NCBI GenBank assembly: GCA_043228905.1
Contig: JBHGNT010000011.1
Location: 10,230,001 to 10,294,000, forward strand
DNA: 64,000 bases
Direction of reading: 5' to 3'
From: Azolla caroliniana
Lineage: Eukaryota > Plantae > Polypodiophyta
How positions within the stretch are numbered: the stretch's first letter is position 1; the number at the start of each line of letters is the position of its first letter. The translations under genes and the position numbers were made by a program. The notes under the pieces are model-generated. The model did no database searches. It worked only from the letters and a program-made list of their open reading frames with translations, and was not told the DNA's origin. This document shows, one piece after another, positions 50,587 through 62,500 of the stretch.

Positions 50587-53434
50587 GAAAGAAAGAAAGA
50601 TATATTAACGTCTTCTAATGCCAAATTTGGCCCATGAGACAATTGGGTTACAACAAAAATGAGTGTTTATCCAATCATCAAAACTAAAATAAAAGAAAAT
50701 AGCTTAAGCTAAGAAAGTTCTAGTAGTGTACAAAACTTTGCACTAAGCCTAATCTCATTTCCACCCAAGTCTCTCAAAAAGAAGTGGGAGGTTAAAAGTT
50801 TTTAGTGTGGGTGTGACCCATGGTCCCGATGCATAGAGTGCCCTAGCCATGGCTTCTAGGCGGTGTAGTTCATGTTCCCTTATTTTCTTTATTGCTTCTA
50901 CATCTCGTCGAGTTGCTTTGAAACCCGGCATCCGAGGGCGTTTGGTTCTTCTTTGATTTTCTGCTTCATCAAGGAAAAGTCCGAGTGGTGCAGGTGTGTC
51001 GACATTCATTGTCTCCCCCTGTTCTTGAAAAACTTCATTTGTTATATGTTGGTAAACAATAGCAACATTATTATCAACGTTTTGTAATTTATTCTCTCTG
51101 TGTTGTTTCAATTCTAAGATGTATCTACCTAATTTCTTTATATCTAGTGTATCTAATAGTTTAGGGGGGGTGGGAGAGGAACCAAGTATGTCTTGGTATT
51201 TTTCCCTTATCTCGGCATAGGTGGGGCATTTGCATGTAAAATGGTACTCATCCTCTATCTCTATGTGGCATAACCTACATATCCTTTCCTCCCTAGGGAA
51301 TCCATTAGTACGTCCATTCTCAATCTCAAGTTGGTGAGATGATATTCTAAGTTGACCAATGGCAACCCTTAGTGCATGTGGTAAGAATACATCTAGATAT
51401 TTTGGGCGCGTGATAAAACCTAACTCAGAGAAGTGCATAAAGTGTTCCTTATAGTACGAAATTTTAGATGGGAGTGGCTCTAGTGGGGTGATCCATTTAT
51501 ACCGAGTATAAATTTGCCATATTTCTTGGCGTATTACTTTATTACGGTCCTCATGAGAGATTAAAGTGTTATCAGTCGTGTGGTCGTGCTTAAGAGGGGG
51601 GAGGTTATTAATGTCTAGACCGTTGGCAAGAAGCCAACTCACCATCATGCCATACCATGAGCTAGTATAGCAGGACTCATACAGTGCTCGAGAAGCCTTA
51701 AAGGCTTGGTGGGATATTCTATCAAGTGGTTGGTTATGTATCCTGTGTATAAAGACTACAAGTTGAAAAAGTGCTTCTACTAACATAGGGGGTAGAGTGA
51801 ACTCAGCCCTAATAATGTCATGTGGGACCGACGATTTGCTTCGGAGTTGGTGTGATAACATCATCACCAATGGTCTCTCTAATTGCGTCCACATGAAAGA
51901 TGGTAGTCCTGGAGCCCAAACCGTTGATGCATACATGAGAGAGGGAGTCACTAATGAGTCAAAGAGCCACCCTTTAGTTCGTGGCTCTTGGAAGTGTGCT
52001 TGGTGGCATTGTCTCTCGAGGAGTGAGAGGGATGCATGTCCTCTTGTAAGTCTATCCTTCGCTACTTGTGTCATTGAAAATTTACCTGAGCGGGCATTGA
52101 AAGTGACTCCGAGATAGACATATGATCCAACCACCTCAACTGGGCTATGGGAGATAGTTAGGTGACACTTAGCTCTAACTTGGGACGACGTGTGGAAGAT
52201 AAGGACTTTAGTTTTCCCTAGATTCACTACCAATCCTCGTTGTGTGCAAAAGTCATCTAAGGCATTAAGGTGCCTTTGTAGGTCGTGTTCGGATTCAGAG
52301 AGCAAAACTATGTTGTTTGCATAGAGTAAGATACGCACCTGCGTATCCCCAAGGACTACTCCATTGCCTCCCTTACGAGCAATAAAATCTGTGATCTCAT
52401 CAATGTAGATCCCAAAAAGAGTCGGAGATAAGGGGCAACCTTGTTTTACACCAATAGTGCTAGTGAAACTATCGGATATGCCGCCTGGGCATCGAACACA
52501 CCCGGACACTTGTTCATATAGTGTGTAGATGGCCCAAACCATGTCATCTGGTATCCTCAAGCTCTTAAGCCTATCAAACAACCGCTCTCTAGGAACCGTG
52601 TCAAAGGCTTTGCGGAAGTCCACAAAACAACAATATAGTTTCTTCTTGCGAGCCTTAGACTGGTCAATTAAGCATCTAAGTGTGAAGATATGATCAATAG
52701 TGGAGAAGGCTCTTCTAAAGCCAGCCTGTTCAGGTGCACGAAGATTTAAGGTCTCCATATACTCGCTAATCTCTGCCCCCATTATTGCACAATATAATTT
52801 AGCAAGGGTATGACCTATCATAATGTTCCTATAAGTATTTGGGTTCATGGGGTCCCCCCCTTTATGTATGGGGGCCATTGTGTTCATGGTCCATTGTGGT
52901 GGAAAACCCTCTGCGAGGGCACGATTGAAGATTAGAGTTAGCAAGGGAGCTAGGCACTCTCTCGCATATATGATGTGTTCTGATCGCAATCCTGTGTGGT
53001 CCATGGACTTCCTATGTTGTAATTTCTTTATGACCTTCGTGACCCTAGAGGTCGTGAAGAGTGTCCCCATAGTAGGTTGGGGTGTAGAAGGCATTGGAAT
53101 GGGTGGTTGGTTTGGGATTTGGTAAAGTCTCTTTGTATAAGTGTGCCAAGTTTCGGGATCTTCGATGGGTGTTTGTGGTCTTGGTTCCCGTAATCTCTTC
53201 CATGCAGTGGCACAATCGCTACTCATGAGCATATGGTAGAGTTCCCAATATTGGGATGCCTCCCATGCTCGTCTCTTACGACGTGTCATCTTGCGCATTT
53301 CTTTACGAGCTTGTACTGAGGTAATACTACCACTGAGTTGCGATATTGTAAGTTGTCGATGTAAGCGCCTACAATCCTCATCATACCATCTATTTTGTGG
53401 CATAGATCCTACTTTACCTTGATTGGAGTGTTTC

Positions 53435-53435
<1 letters not shown>
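50587..53435 (-). mobile_element. LINE copy C, 5'-truncated, with intact RT and C-terminus
   Basis: Near-identical to copy B from the 3' tail to about 11655. It is inserted in the (GA)n tract of the Y 5' LTR. Confidence 0.93.
50755..53435 (-). CDS. LINE ORF2 3' portion (RT and CCHC tail), uninterrupted
   Basis: Part of the 931-aa ORF: VDFRKAFD, QGCPLSPTLF, YANNI, YLGV, SSHQLEIENGR, CRLC...H...C. Confidence 0.85.
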
Positions 53436-53478
<43 letters not shown>

Positions 53479-53700
53479 ATGATGATAACAAAAGATATAT
53501 ATTATGTTAAGAGAATATATAATAGTAGCTAGGAGTCTTAAGACTGGCATTGAATTGATTTGGTTCGAAATAATGCCTTGTGCCTCTGTTTATGGTGTTC
53601 TCAGGAGTACTCCTGAAGTGTCTAGAATGTTCCAGAGAAATCTGGAATATACATCAATTTTCTGTAATAAGACTTAAATTAAAATAATATCTTTCGTATT

Positions 53701-53773
53701 ACAACATATAGTCTAATGGTCAAGAGCTCCACCAATGTAACATAAGGTCATGGGTTTGAGTCTTGCCATATCA
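53701..53773 (+). promoter_or_regulatory. tRNA-like module in Y 5' LTR
   Basis: TAGTCTAATGG...AGGTC-ATGGG-TTTGAGTC. Confidence 0.65.
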
Positions 53774-53778
53774 TGACA

Positions 53779-54409
53779 CCTTCAATGCTCGCTTAGCTAA
53801 CAACAAGATGATTGAGTTGACCTCTTACCCTTGGCAAAGTTCACATATAATAATATGCTACATGGTTCAACTAGGGTTACCCCATTTTTCGCCAACTATG
53901 GTTTCCATCTTTGCTTTAGTATTTCCATCCCTGGCAACTCTGTGAACCCGTTAGTGGAAGGCCGCGCTCGTATTCTAGCCAACATTTATCAAGACATCTC
54001 CCTCGAACTCATCCTTGCAAGGGACCAGTATAAAGCGCAAGTTGATCCACATCGTTCCGCTACACCCGCCTTCGCGGTTGGTGATCAAGTTTGGCTTACG
54101 TCGCCATGTCAATACTATTCGACCTTGCGGAAAGTTGGATTACAAGAAGTTGGGGCCTTTCCACATCATTGACTGTGCCAATCCCGTCACTTTCCGGCTA
54201 GAACTTCCTCCAAATTTCCGGATTCATAATGTCTTCCATGCCTCTCTTCTTGAACCTTATCATCCATCCACTATTCCTGGAAGACACTCTCCACCTCCAC
54301 CTCCAATTGAGCACTTGGAGAATGCACCAAATGTTGTTCATGCATTCGATCACCAATATCCACAAAAAACGGGGAGACATCTTCGGAGGCGGCCTTGGCA
54401 GGGGGATAC
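53779..54409 (+). pseudogene. Integrase C-terminus of X with chromodomain largely deleted
   Basis: FTYNN, TPFFANYG, KLDYKKLGPF, HNVFHASLLEPY, then PPPIE jumps directly to HLENAP. Confidence 0.8.
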
Positions 54410-54465
54410 TGTCATGGACATGACAACAGTCATGTCATGATTCGAACTCTTGACCTACTGTATTT

Positions 54466-57400
54466 TGACAGGAATACACGCTCCCGTTGAACAACACTCG
54501 GCCACAACCGAGTCTAGGATCAAACATAGAAAACGGGTAATGCACCCACGACACAATGAAGAGAAGAGTACACAGGATGTTTATGTGGAAAAACCCAAAC
54601 TAGGGAAAAAACCACAACAGCCCACAGACTGCAAACTATCACTATATCACAATGTACAATAGTAGAAGCACCGAGGCAACAACCTCGAGCTTGCTATCTT
54701 CGCCACAGGCGGCGGTTACAATAGAGGCAACGACCTCTTCCTCTCTCTCTCTCTCTTTGTACACAGTTACGCACTCTGATCTTGGACTAACAAGAATGAC
54801 AACAACACTTACGCTAAGTTTGCCCTAAGTCATATTTATACTAAAATGACTTTTCAGCTATTTACAAATATATCCCCGATGGACTCTCAGAAACATATTT
54901 ACGAATATGTCCCTTCATCCGGTGAGCACTCCTCACCGGGGCTGCATCATCCGGCACTCGTCATCCGGTTCTCACCGGGTCTTCCGTTTCTGGGTACTCC
55001 TCATCCGGTTCTCACCAGGTCTTCCGTTGCCGGGTACTCGTCATCCGGTTCTCACTGAGTCTTCCGTTGCCGGGTACTCCACATCCAGTTACGGCCTTGA
55101 CCTATCGGCCTCGACTGAGTTTGCTCATCCGTATTGTTCTTCTCACTTCCCATCCGGAGGGACCTGTTTCCTAACAAACTCCCCCTTCACTCCGGCATGG
55201 GATGTCTTACTAGTCCGATCCACTTCTGACATGCATCCAGCTTGTCGGGTATCAGTACTTTGGTCAGCATATCTGACCCGTTCTCGGCCGTGTGGATCTT
55301 TGTCAGCGCGAACTCTCGATCCAGTGATACCTACGCTGGATGCGCTTCGTCCTGGAATGGTATGCTGCGTTCTTAGCAAGGTGGATGGCACTTTGACTAT
55401 CGCAATAGAGTCGGTATTCATCTTGCCGGATACTGAGCTCTCCGATAAAGTCCTTCATCCATAATATTTCCTTTCCGGCTTTCACAGCCGCCATGTACTC
55501 CGCCTCCGTGGTTGACAGAGTATCAGGAAATCGCCTCCTTCGAACTTCTTCACAAACACGCAGTGATCAGCCTGCGTCTTGTGGTACCCTTGATCAGTCA
55601 TGAAGGAGTCGAACTTCCGGTACCATTGTCGGGGAGCCTGCTTCAGTCCGTACAGGCTCTTCTTCAACCGGTAAACCAGGCGATCCTTCCCTTTCTCCAC
55701 GAATCCTTCTGGTTGCTGCATGTAGATCTCTTCTTCGAGGTCACCGTGAAAGAATGTCGTCTTCACGTCTAGCTGCTCTACCTCGAGGTCCATGCTTGCC
55801 GCTATACTCAGCACCGTCCGGATAGAGGTCATCTTTACTACCGAGGCAAATATCTCGTCGAAGTCCACACCCTTCTTCTGCTGGAACCCCTTCACCACGA
55901 TCCTGGCTTTGTATCTCGGGGGGTTGCCGGCATCTCCCGGTTTCAACTTGTACACCCACTTGTTTCGGAGTGCCCGCTTTCCTTTCGGCAACTCCACCAA
56001 TTCGTACGTATGGTTCTCATGCAGGGAATCCATCTCATCCTGCATGGCACTTAACCATTTGCGGTTGTGGGTGTCATCCTTCGCTTCTTCGAAGCTTTCC
56101 GGCTCTCCCTCATCGGTCAACAGCACATGCTCTGAATCTGGAAATCTTCGGGGGGCCCTTCTCTCTTTGAGAGGATATCTTCGTCTTTGGCCTTCGGCAA
56201 CCGGCTCCACTATTTGATCTTCATCCGAATCCGATTCGGGGTCTTGGCCGGTTCCAGTTTCAGCTTCCTCTACTTCTTCTTCTGTCGGTTCGGTATCCTC
56301 ACCGTAACCGGCAGGCTCATCGAGTGCTAACCGGTCTCTTGCCGGTTGGGTCTGCTCATCGTAGAATCGATCCTTACCGGTCGACTCGGAGTTCATTACC
56401 TTCTTGTCAACCAGGTCCCACACTCGGTAGCCGAACTCATCGTCGCTGTAACCGAGGAATATGCATGGCTGGGTCTCTGGATCTAACTTTCCTCTCCAGT
56501 CCTTAGCAACATGCACGTACACGAGACACCTGAACATCTTCAGATGCCGGTACGACACTTCCTTACCGGTCCACACCTTCTACGGCGTGTCTCCATCCAA
56601 GGGCACTAAGGGTGATCTGTTTATCACATACGTCGTTGTCGACAGCGCCTCAACCCAAAACGTCTTGGGTAATTTTGCATGCGCCAGCATACTCCGGACC
56701 CTCTCCATTATGGTCCGATTCATCCTCTCGGCCAGCCCGTTTAGTTCCGGCATCTTCGGCACGGTAAATTCGAGCTGGATTCGCTTCAGCGGTAGTACTC
56801 CTTGAACTACCCCCGGTATTCTCCTCCGTTATCTGCTCGAACCGCCTTCAGCTTCCGGCCGGTTTCTCTTTCCACTCTCGCGTGGAGTTCTTTGAAGACG
56901 GATAGCACCTGATCCTTCGTCTTCAACGGTGTGGCCCACAGCTTCCGATTGTGGTCATCTATGAACGTCACGAAGTACTGATCCTGCATGTGACTTCGTG
57001 TCCACTTGACACACATCAGTATGCACCAACTCTAGTGGTGCATTACGTCTCATCGGTGGCCTTGGTCGGAAGGAGGTCCGGTTTTGCTTACCGGCGAGAC
57101 AATCAGTGCACTTCTCCAAGTGCACGTTCTTCACTGGAATGAGGTTGTCGTCTACAAGCCTCTTCATCCCCTTCTCGCTCATGTGACATAGCCTCTTGTG
57201 CCACAACCTCTTGTGCCACAGCTCACCGGCAGTGTCGGAAGCCACGTTCACTTCTTCCAGGCATAACCGAGCATTCATCAAGTACAGCGTGTTGACCTTC
57301 CGGGCCCGAGCCACAATTAGGCTCCCTTTGCTGAACTTCATAACACCGTTCCGGATGCTACCCATGTAGCCTTCATCATCTAGCCGACCGGCTGATATCA

Positions 57401-59220
57401 AGTTCAGACGAACCTCCGGAACGTGTTGGACATCCTTCAGCAGCAGCTTGCATCCGGTTGGTGTTGTCAACCACACGTCGCCTATGTCGACAATTCGGCA
57501 TGTACCTTCATTCCCCATCCGGACACAGCTGGGATCACCGGCTCAGTAGGATGAGAAGCATTTACAGTCCGGGGTAAGGTGGAACGACGCTCCGGAATCG
57601 ACCACCCAGGTCATCTCGTCACCGGCAAGTTTTAGCTCACTCTCCTCGGTGATGAGCATCAACTCTTCTTCACTTGCCATGATTGCCGTCATACCCTTCC
57701 GGTCCGTTCCCCTCCGGTCTTTACCGTTCCGGTCTGGTGTCCGCTTTAAATCGGTACCATCGGTTTCCTTGTCTTTTCGGAAGTGCCGACAGTTTTTCTG
57801 GAAGTGTCCTGGCTTGCCGCAATAGAAGCAAGTAGGTCTCCCCCTTGACTTTGATCGTGTCCCCGACTTCTCCCGGTTCTGGGAACTATGGTTCCTTTGT
57901 CTTCCGCGTTCTGATTCAGTAATGAGCGCTTTGGAGTCGGAGTTCGTATACTTGTCTTTCCGACGCGCCTCCTCATCTAGCAAGCTCGACTTCACTCTTG
58001 CCAGGGATAATCGTTTCCTTTCGGCCCGGCGTTGCCCAAGGTAACAACCAACGTCTCCCAGCTATCCGGGAGGTAGTGCTAGTACCTCATCAGCGAGAGG
58101 TACTTCCAATGATGTTGCCTGGTGTATCAGCCCCTGGAAGGCATTCATGTGCTCCGCCATGCTGGAGCCATCTTGGTACCAGAGTCTTACTAACTTCCGG
58201 AATACCGAAACCTGGTTAACAACATTTTTGTTCTGAAACATAATGTTGATCTTCTCCCAAAGCTCATGAACCTTGCTCTCTTCATTGAAGTTGTTGTATA
58301 GACTCATGTCGATGACGCACCATATGTACGCCGTTGTCTTCATGTGCATCACCTCCCATATCGTGGCGTCGATTTTGTCCAGTCTCTTGTCCCCAAACTG
58401 AACCGGCAGCCAAAGATCTTTAACCACGAGCATGTCCCTCATCTTCGACTTCCACACCGAATAGTTGGAGCCGGTGAGCTTGATCATGCCTCCCAACGAA
58501 TCGTCCATTTTTCTGTGTCGTTTCGCTCTGATACCACTTTGACAGGAATACACGCTCCCGTTGAACAACGCTCGGCCACAACCGAGTCTAGGATCAAACA
58601 CAGAAAACGAGTAATGCACGCACGACACAATGAAGAGAAGAGTACACAGGATGTTTATGTGGAAAAACCCAAACTAGGGAAAAAACCACGGCAGCCCACA
58701 GATTGCAAACTATCACTATATCACAATGTACAATAGTAGAAGCACCGAGGCAACAACCTCGAGCTTGCTATCTTCGCCACAGGCGGCGGTTACACAGTGG
58801 CAACGACCTCTTCCTCTCTCTCTCTCTCTTTGTACACAGTTACGCACTCTAATCTTGCACCAAAAAGAATGACAACAACACTTACGCTAAGTTTGCCCTA
58901 AGTCATATTTATACTAAAATGACTATTCGGCTATTTACAAATATATCCCCGATGGACTCTCAGAAACATATTTACGAATATGTCCCTTCATCCGGTGAGC
59001 ACTCCTCACTGGGCCTGCATCATCCGGCGGTTGTCGGGCACTTGTCATCCGGTTCTCACCAGGTCTTCCATTTCCGGGTACTCCTCATCCGGTTCTCACC
59101 GGGTCTTCCGTTTCCGGGTCCTCCACATCCGGTTCCGGCCTTGACCTATCGGCCTCGGCCGAGTTTGCTCATCCGTATTGTTCTTCTCACTTCCCATCCG
59201 GAGGGACTTGTTTCCTAACA
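54466..59220 (-). mobile_element. Copia LTR retrotransposon with internal deletions
   Basis: LTRs 58540-59220 and 54466-55176 with perfect TSD TATTT. PBS TGGTATCAGAGCG (tRNA-iMet) at 58524-58536 and PPT 55177-55190. Domain order gag-PR-INT-RT-RH. Confidence 0.95.
55200..58508 (-). pseudogene. pol: Copia gag-pol polyprotein, fragmented
   Basis: CFYCGKPGHFQKNC, WVVDSGASFH, LWHKRLCH, VHTDV, RADNGGEY, NGLAERMNRT, YKARIVVKGF, LYGLKQAPRQWY, YCDSQSAIHLA. RT YVDD region deleted. Confidence 0.9.
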
Positions 59221-59595
59221 TATTTAATCGATATGTTTTAACCAATACATCCAATGCATAATCATGTTAACTTACTAGATTATTGTAGATTATCTATTCT
59301 ACATGTAGGATTTTAGAAGCTTCGAGAAAGCTACAGAAGCTAGAACATTCTAGAAGCTTGTGCATGAAAATGAGTCCTTGCATGGGGCTACATTTAGAGC
59401 CCATAAACATGTATAAATATAGGGGTTCACCTTGACTAAGGTCATAATTCAGTTACGGAACAACACCAATTACGAAATCATAATTCAGTTCTTGTTCTCT
59501 TGACTTCTTTCTTTCTCTCTTTCTTATTATCTTTTTTATGATCTCTCTCTCACTCTTTTAGTATTGAGCCTCATCTACTTGTCCGTGGCAGTATT

Positions 59596-62500
59596 GTTGT
59601 GGGCGAACTCAGCCATTGGAAGAAATTTAATCCAATCATCTTGTTGATAACTTATCATACATTGGAGATATTGCTCTAGGATCTGATTTACTCATCCCAT
59701 TTGGCCGTCTGTCTGAGGATGGAAGGCTATCGAAAATTTTGTGGAAGTTCCAAGAGTTTGGAAGAGGCATTTCCAGAAATGAGACATAAATTGGGGACTG
59801 CGATCAGAAATAATGTCATCTGGTAAACCGTGAAGGCGCACAATATTCGTTAACAATAGATCTATTGCTTCCATCCTTGAAATTTCTTTAGAACATGGAA
59901 TAAAATGCGCCATCTTTGTGAACCTATCTCCCACCACCAATACTGAATTGAATCCCTCAATGTCGGGAAGGTCGGTGATAAAATCCGTCGAGATGGAGGC
60001 CCATGGCCTATTTGGAATGGGCAGAGGTTGAAGTAGACCGTAGGGACGATGATGTATTGCTTTGGCACGAGCACATGTATCACATGTTTTTGCGAATTTT
60101 TTAAAAAGTTTCCAAGGTTGTGGCCACCAATAACTTCTAGAGATTAACTCCAAAGTTTTTGCAACACCAAAATGTCCAACAGGGATATCATCATGGCACT
60201 CCTTCACGATACGGATATGACAAGGACCATCTGGGACATACATTAAGTTGTTCCGGAAAAGAAAACCATCCCGAAACATAAATTGTTCATGGATATTTCG
60301 TACCTCCCTTATGGTTGAGTTGTTGACTCGATACTCCTTAATCTCTTTTGCAAATTTGTCGTTGGCAGTATCTGTCGCTATTGCATTGAGTAATGATTCA
60401 TCCACGCCCATATTAGCTGCAAAGAGTTGCATCTGATGTGGTTGTAGAACACAATGTGATTGTTGATTGTGGATTGCATCTCCTGGCCAGATTACGAATT
60501 CTGAACACCAATATAGGGCATCAGCTTTACCATGTTGGGCACCAGGACCGAAAAAAAATCGAAGTCGTAATCAGCCATGAAGGTCGACCATCAGGCTTAC
60601 CTCCGGTTCAAAATGCGAGTAGTGGTGAAGTAGACAAGGTTCTTGTGATCGGTCACCACCTGGACACGGTGTTGGGCGCCCACCAAGTAAGGAAGTCATT
60701 CTTCAAAGGCGGCAATAATGGCAAAGAGTTCTTTGTCGTAAACTAGGTAGTTAATCTCAGGGGGTGTGAACTTCCTAGAATAAAAGGCAACAGGATGAAG
60801 GATCCCATTGTTATCTGATTGAGAGAGAATGGCACCGATGGTGAAGTCAGAGGCATCAGTTTCGATCGTAAATGGTTAGGTTAGAGCTGGGTGTAGAAGT
60901 ACTAGAGCTGAAGTAAAAACCAGTTGGGTTGTAGGGATCCAGCAAAAAGGAGAATCCTTCCGAGTGAGTGCTATAAGGGGTTGCGCCAATGTAGAGAATC
61001 CTTGAATGAATCGATGATAGAAGTTGGCAAAACCCAAAAACGATTGCACATCCTTGAGACTGGTGGGAACTTCCCACTCTTGAACCGTTGCGACTTTCTT
61101 CTTGTACATAGTGAGACCATCAGATGAAATAACATACCCGAGGAATTCAACTGAGGTTCGATCAAACTCATACTTCTCAGGTTTTGCATAAAGTCCATGT
61201 TCCCGAAGTTTGGATAGGATAAGCCAAACGTGCTTGATGTGCTCTATGTAGTCCTATGACAAGATAAGTATTTCGTCGAGATAGATGACCACAAATTGGT
61301 TCAGATATTCTCGGAAGATATCATTCATCATATGTTGAAAAACGGCAAGAGCATTTGTGAGACCAAATGGCCTTACCATGTATTCAAAATTCCCGTACCT
61401 GGTTCAAAATGCCCCATTTTCCACTTATCTCCAGGCTTGATACGCCCCAAGTTGTAGGTGCCTCTGAGATCGATTTTGGAGAATATACACCCAGCCCAAA
61501 GTCGGTGGAGGAGTTTGGGGATTAGAGGTAGAGGATAGCGGTTTCAAACAGCTCGATTGAGCACGTGATAGTCGATACATAAGCGTAACATTCCATCAGA
61601 TCTTTCTTTTTGACAAATAGGATAGGAGAACCAGCTAGAAATTTTGAGTGGCGAATGAATCCCTTTGTGAGATTCTCTTCAATGTATATTTTGAGGGCCT
61701 TGAGTTCAGGTTCAGATAACCCATAGATAGGGCCAAAAGGAGGACAAGCACCATCTTTCAAGTTAATTGGACAATCATATGGACGATGTTCAGGCAGGCG
61801 ATCAACATTTTTCTTCTCAAATACATCAGAGAAGTCATTGTATTTTGATAGAAAAGAGTTAGTACATAGGGCAATGTTTGGAGTTGACATGACCGCCATG
61901 TCCTTAGAATTAGAAATGGATGCAATCAACATTGTATCACTTACCCGAGCAAGAGTGGAAATTGTTTCCGAGGCCGAAGCGGGAGTAACTATCGACGTTG
62001 TTTCTATTAGAGTAACCATTGACATGGTTCTCGCGGAAGAGGAAATGGGAGCGATCGCTAACTTGGTCCTCACCGAAGCAGAAATGGGAGTTGCCTCCAA
62101 AGCATGAGTGGGAGCAACCATTGACGCGGTCCTCACGGAGCAAAAACGGGAATCGGAGCGACCGCTAACATGGTTCTCACCAGAGCAGAAACGGGAATTG
62201 GAGCAACCATTGATGTGGTCCTCATCGAAGCAGGCGGCCAAACAAATGGCAGAGCATTGGCTCGAAGAAGAGTGGAAGAAATTGCTTGTGGGCGAGAATT
62301 CGAGGTGAAGTTGATGGAGCGAGATTGCCAAACCCCGATTGGATTGTGAGTCTCGAGCCATGATAACCCCAAGATGATTGGATGTCAAGGTGATGTGATG
62401 AGGTTAAAAATGATTTCTTCCTGGTGGCCTCCTATGTGGAGACTCAAGGGAATTGTTGTATCTGTGATTGCACTAGAAGAGAGCGTTCGACTGTCGATCA

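Larger units (their letters stand above)
23063..53778 (-). mobile_element. Chromovirus Gypsy Y, interrupted four times
   Basis: 5' LTR 50485-53778 is split by LINE C. 3' LTR 23063-23228 + 35840-36082 is split by the DNA transposon. TSD CTTTC/CCTTC (23058-62 / 53779-83). gag 49400-50350, protease about 48827-49150, RT 47941-48754 and 45500-46265, integrase 45013-45300 and 36300-37040, chromodomain about 36110-36310, PPT 36083-36094. Confidence 0.88.
18765..59590 (+). mobile_element. Chromovirus Gypsy X, split by element Y and a Copia
   Basis: Matching LTRs 18765-19185 and 54410-59590 (the latter interrupted) with perfect TSD GTATT (18760-18764 / 59591-59595). The integrase reads QILEQY at 23058 and resumes LQCSLS*QQDD*VDLLPLAKFTYNN at 53780. 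PPT GGCAGGGGGATAC lies before 54410. Confidence 0.92.

Noticed and set aside
53436-53550. N-terminal extension of the 931-aa ORF as a new fusion protein
   Set aside because: It is a chance read-through of LTR and (TC)n/(CA)n microsatellite (SLSLSL/HTHTHT) into a 5'-truncated LINE.
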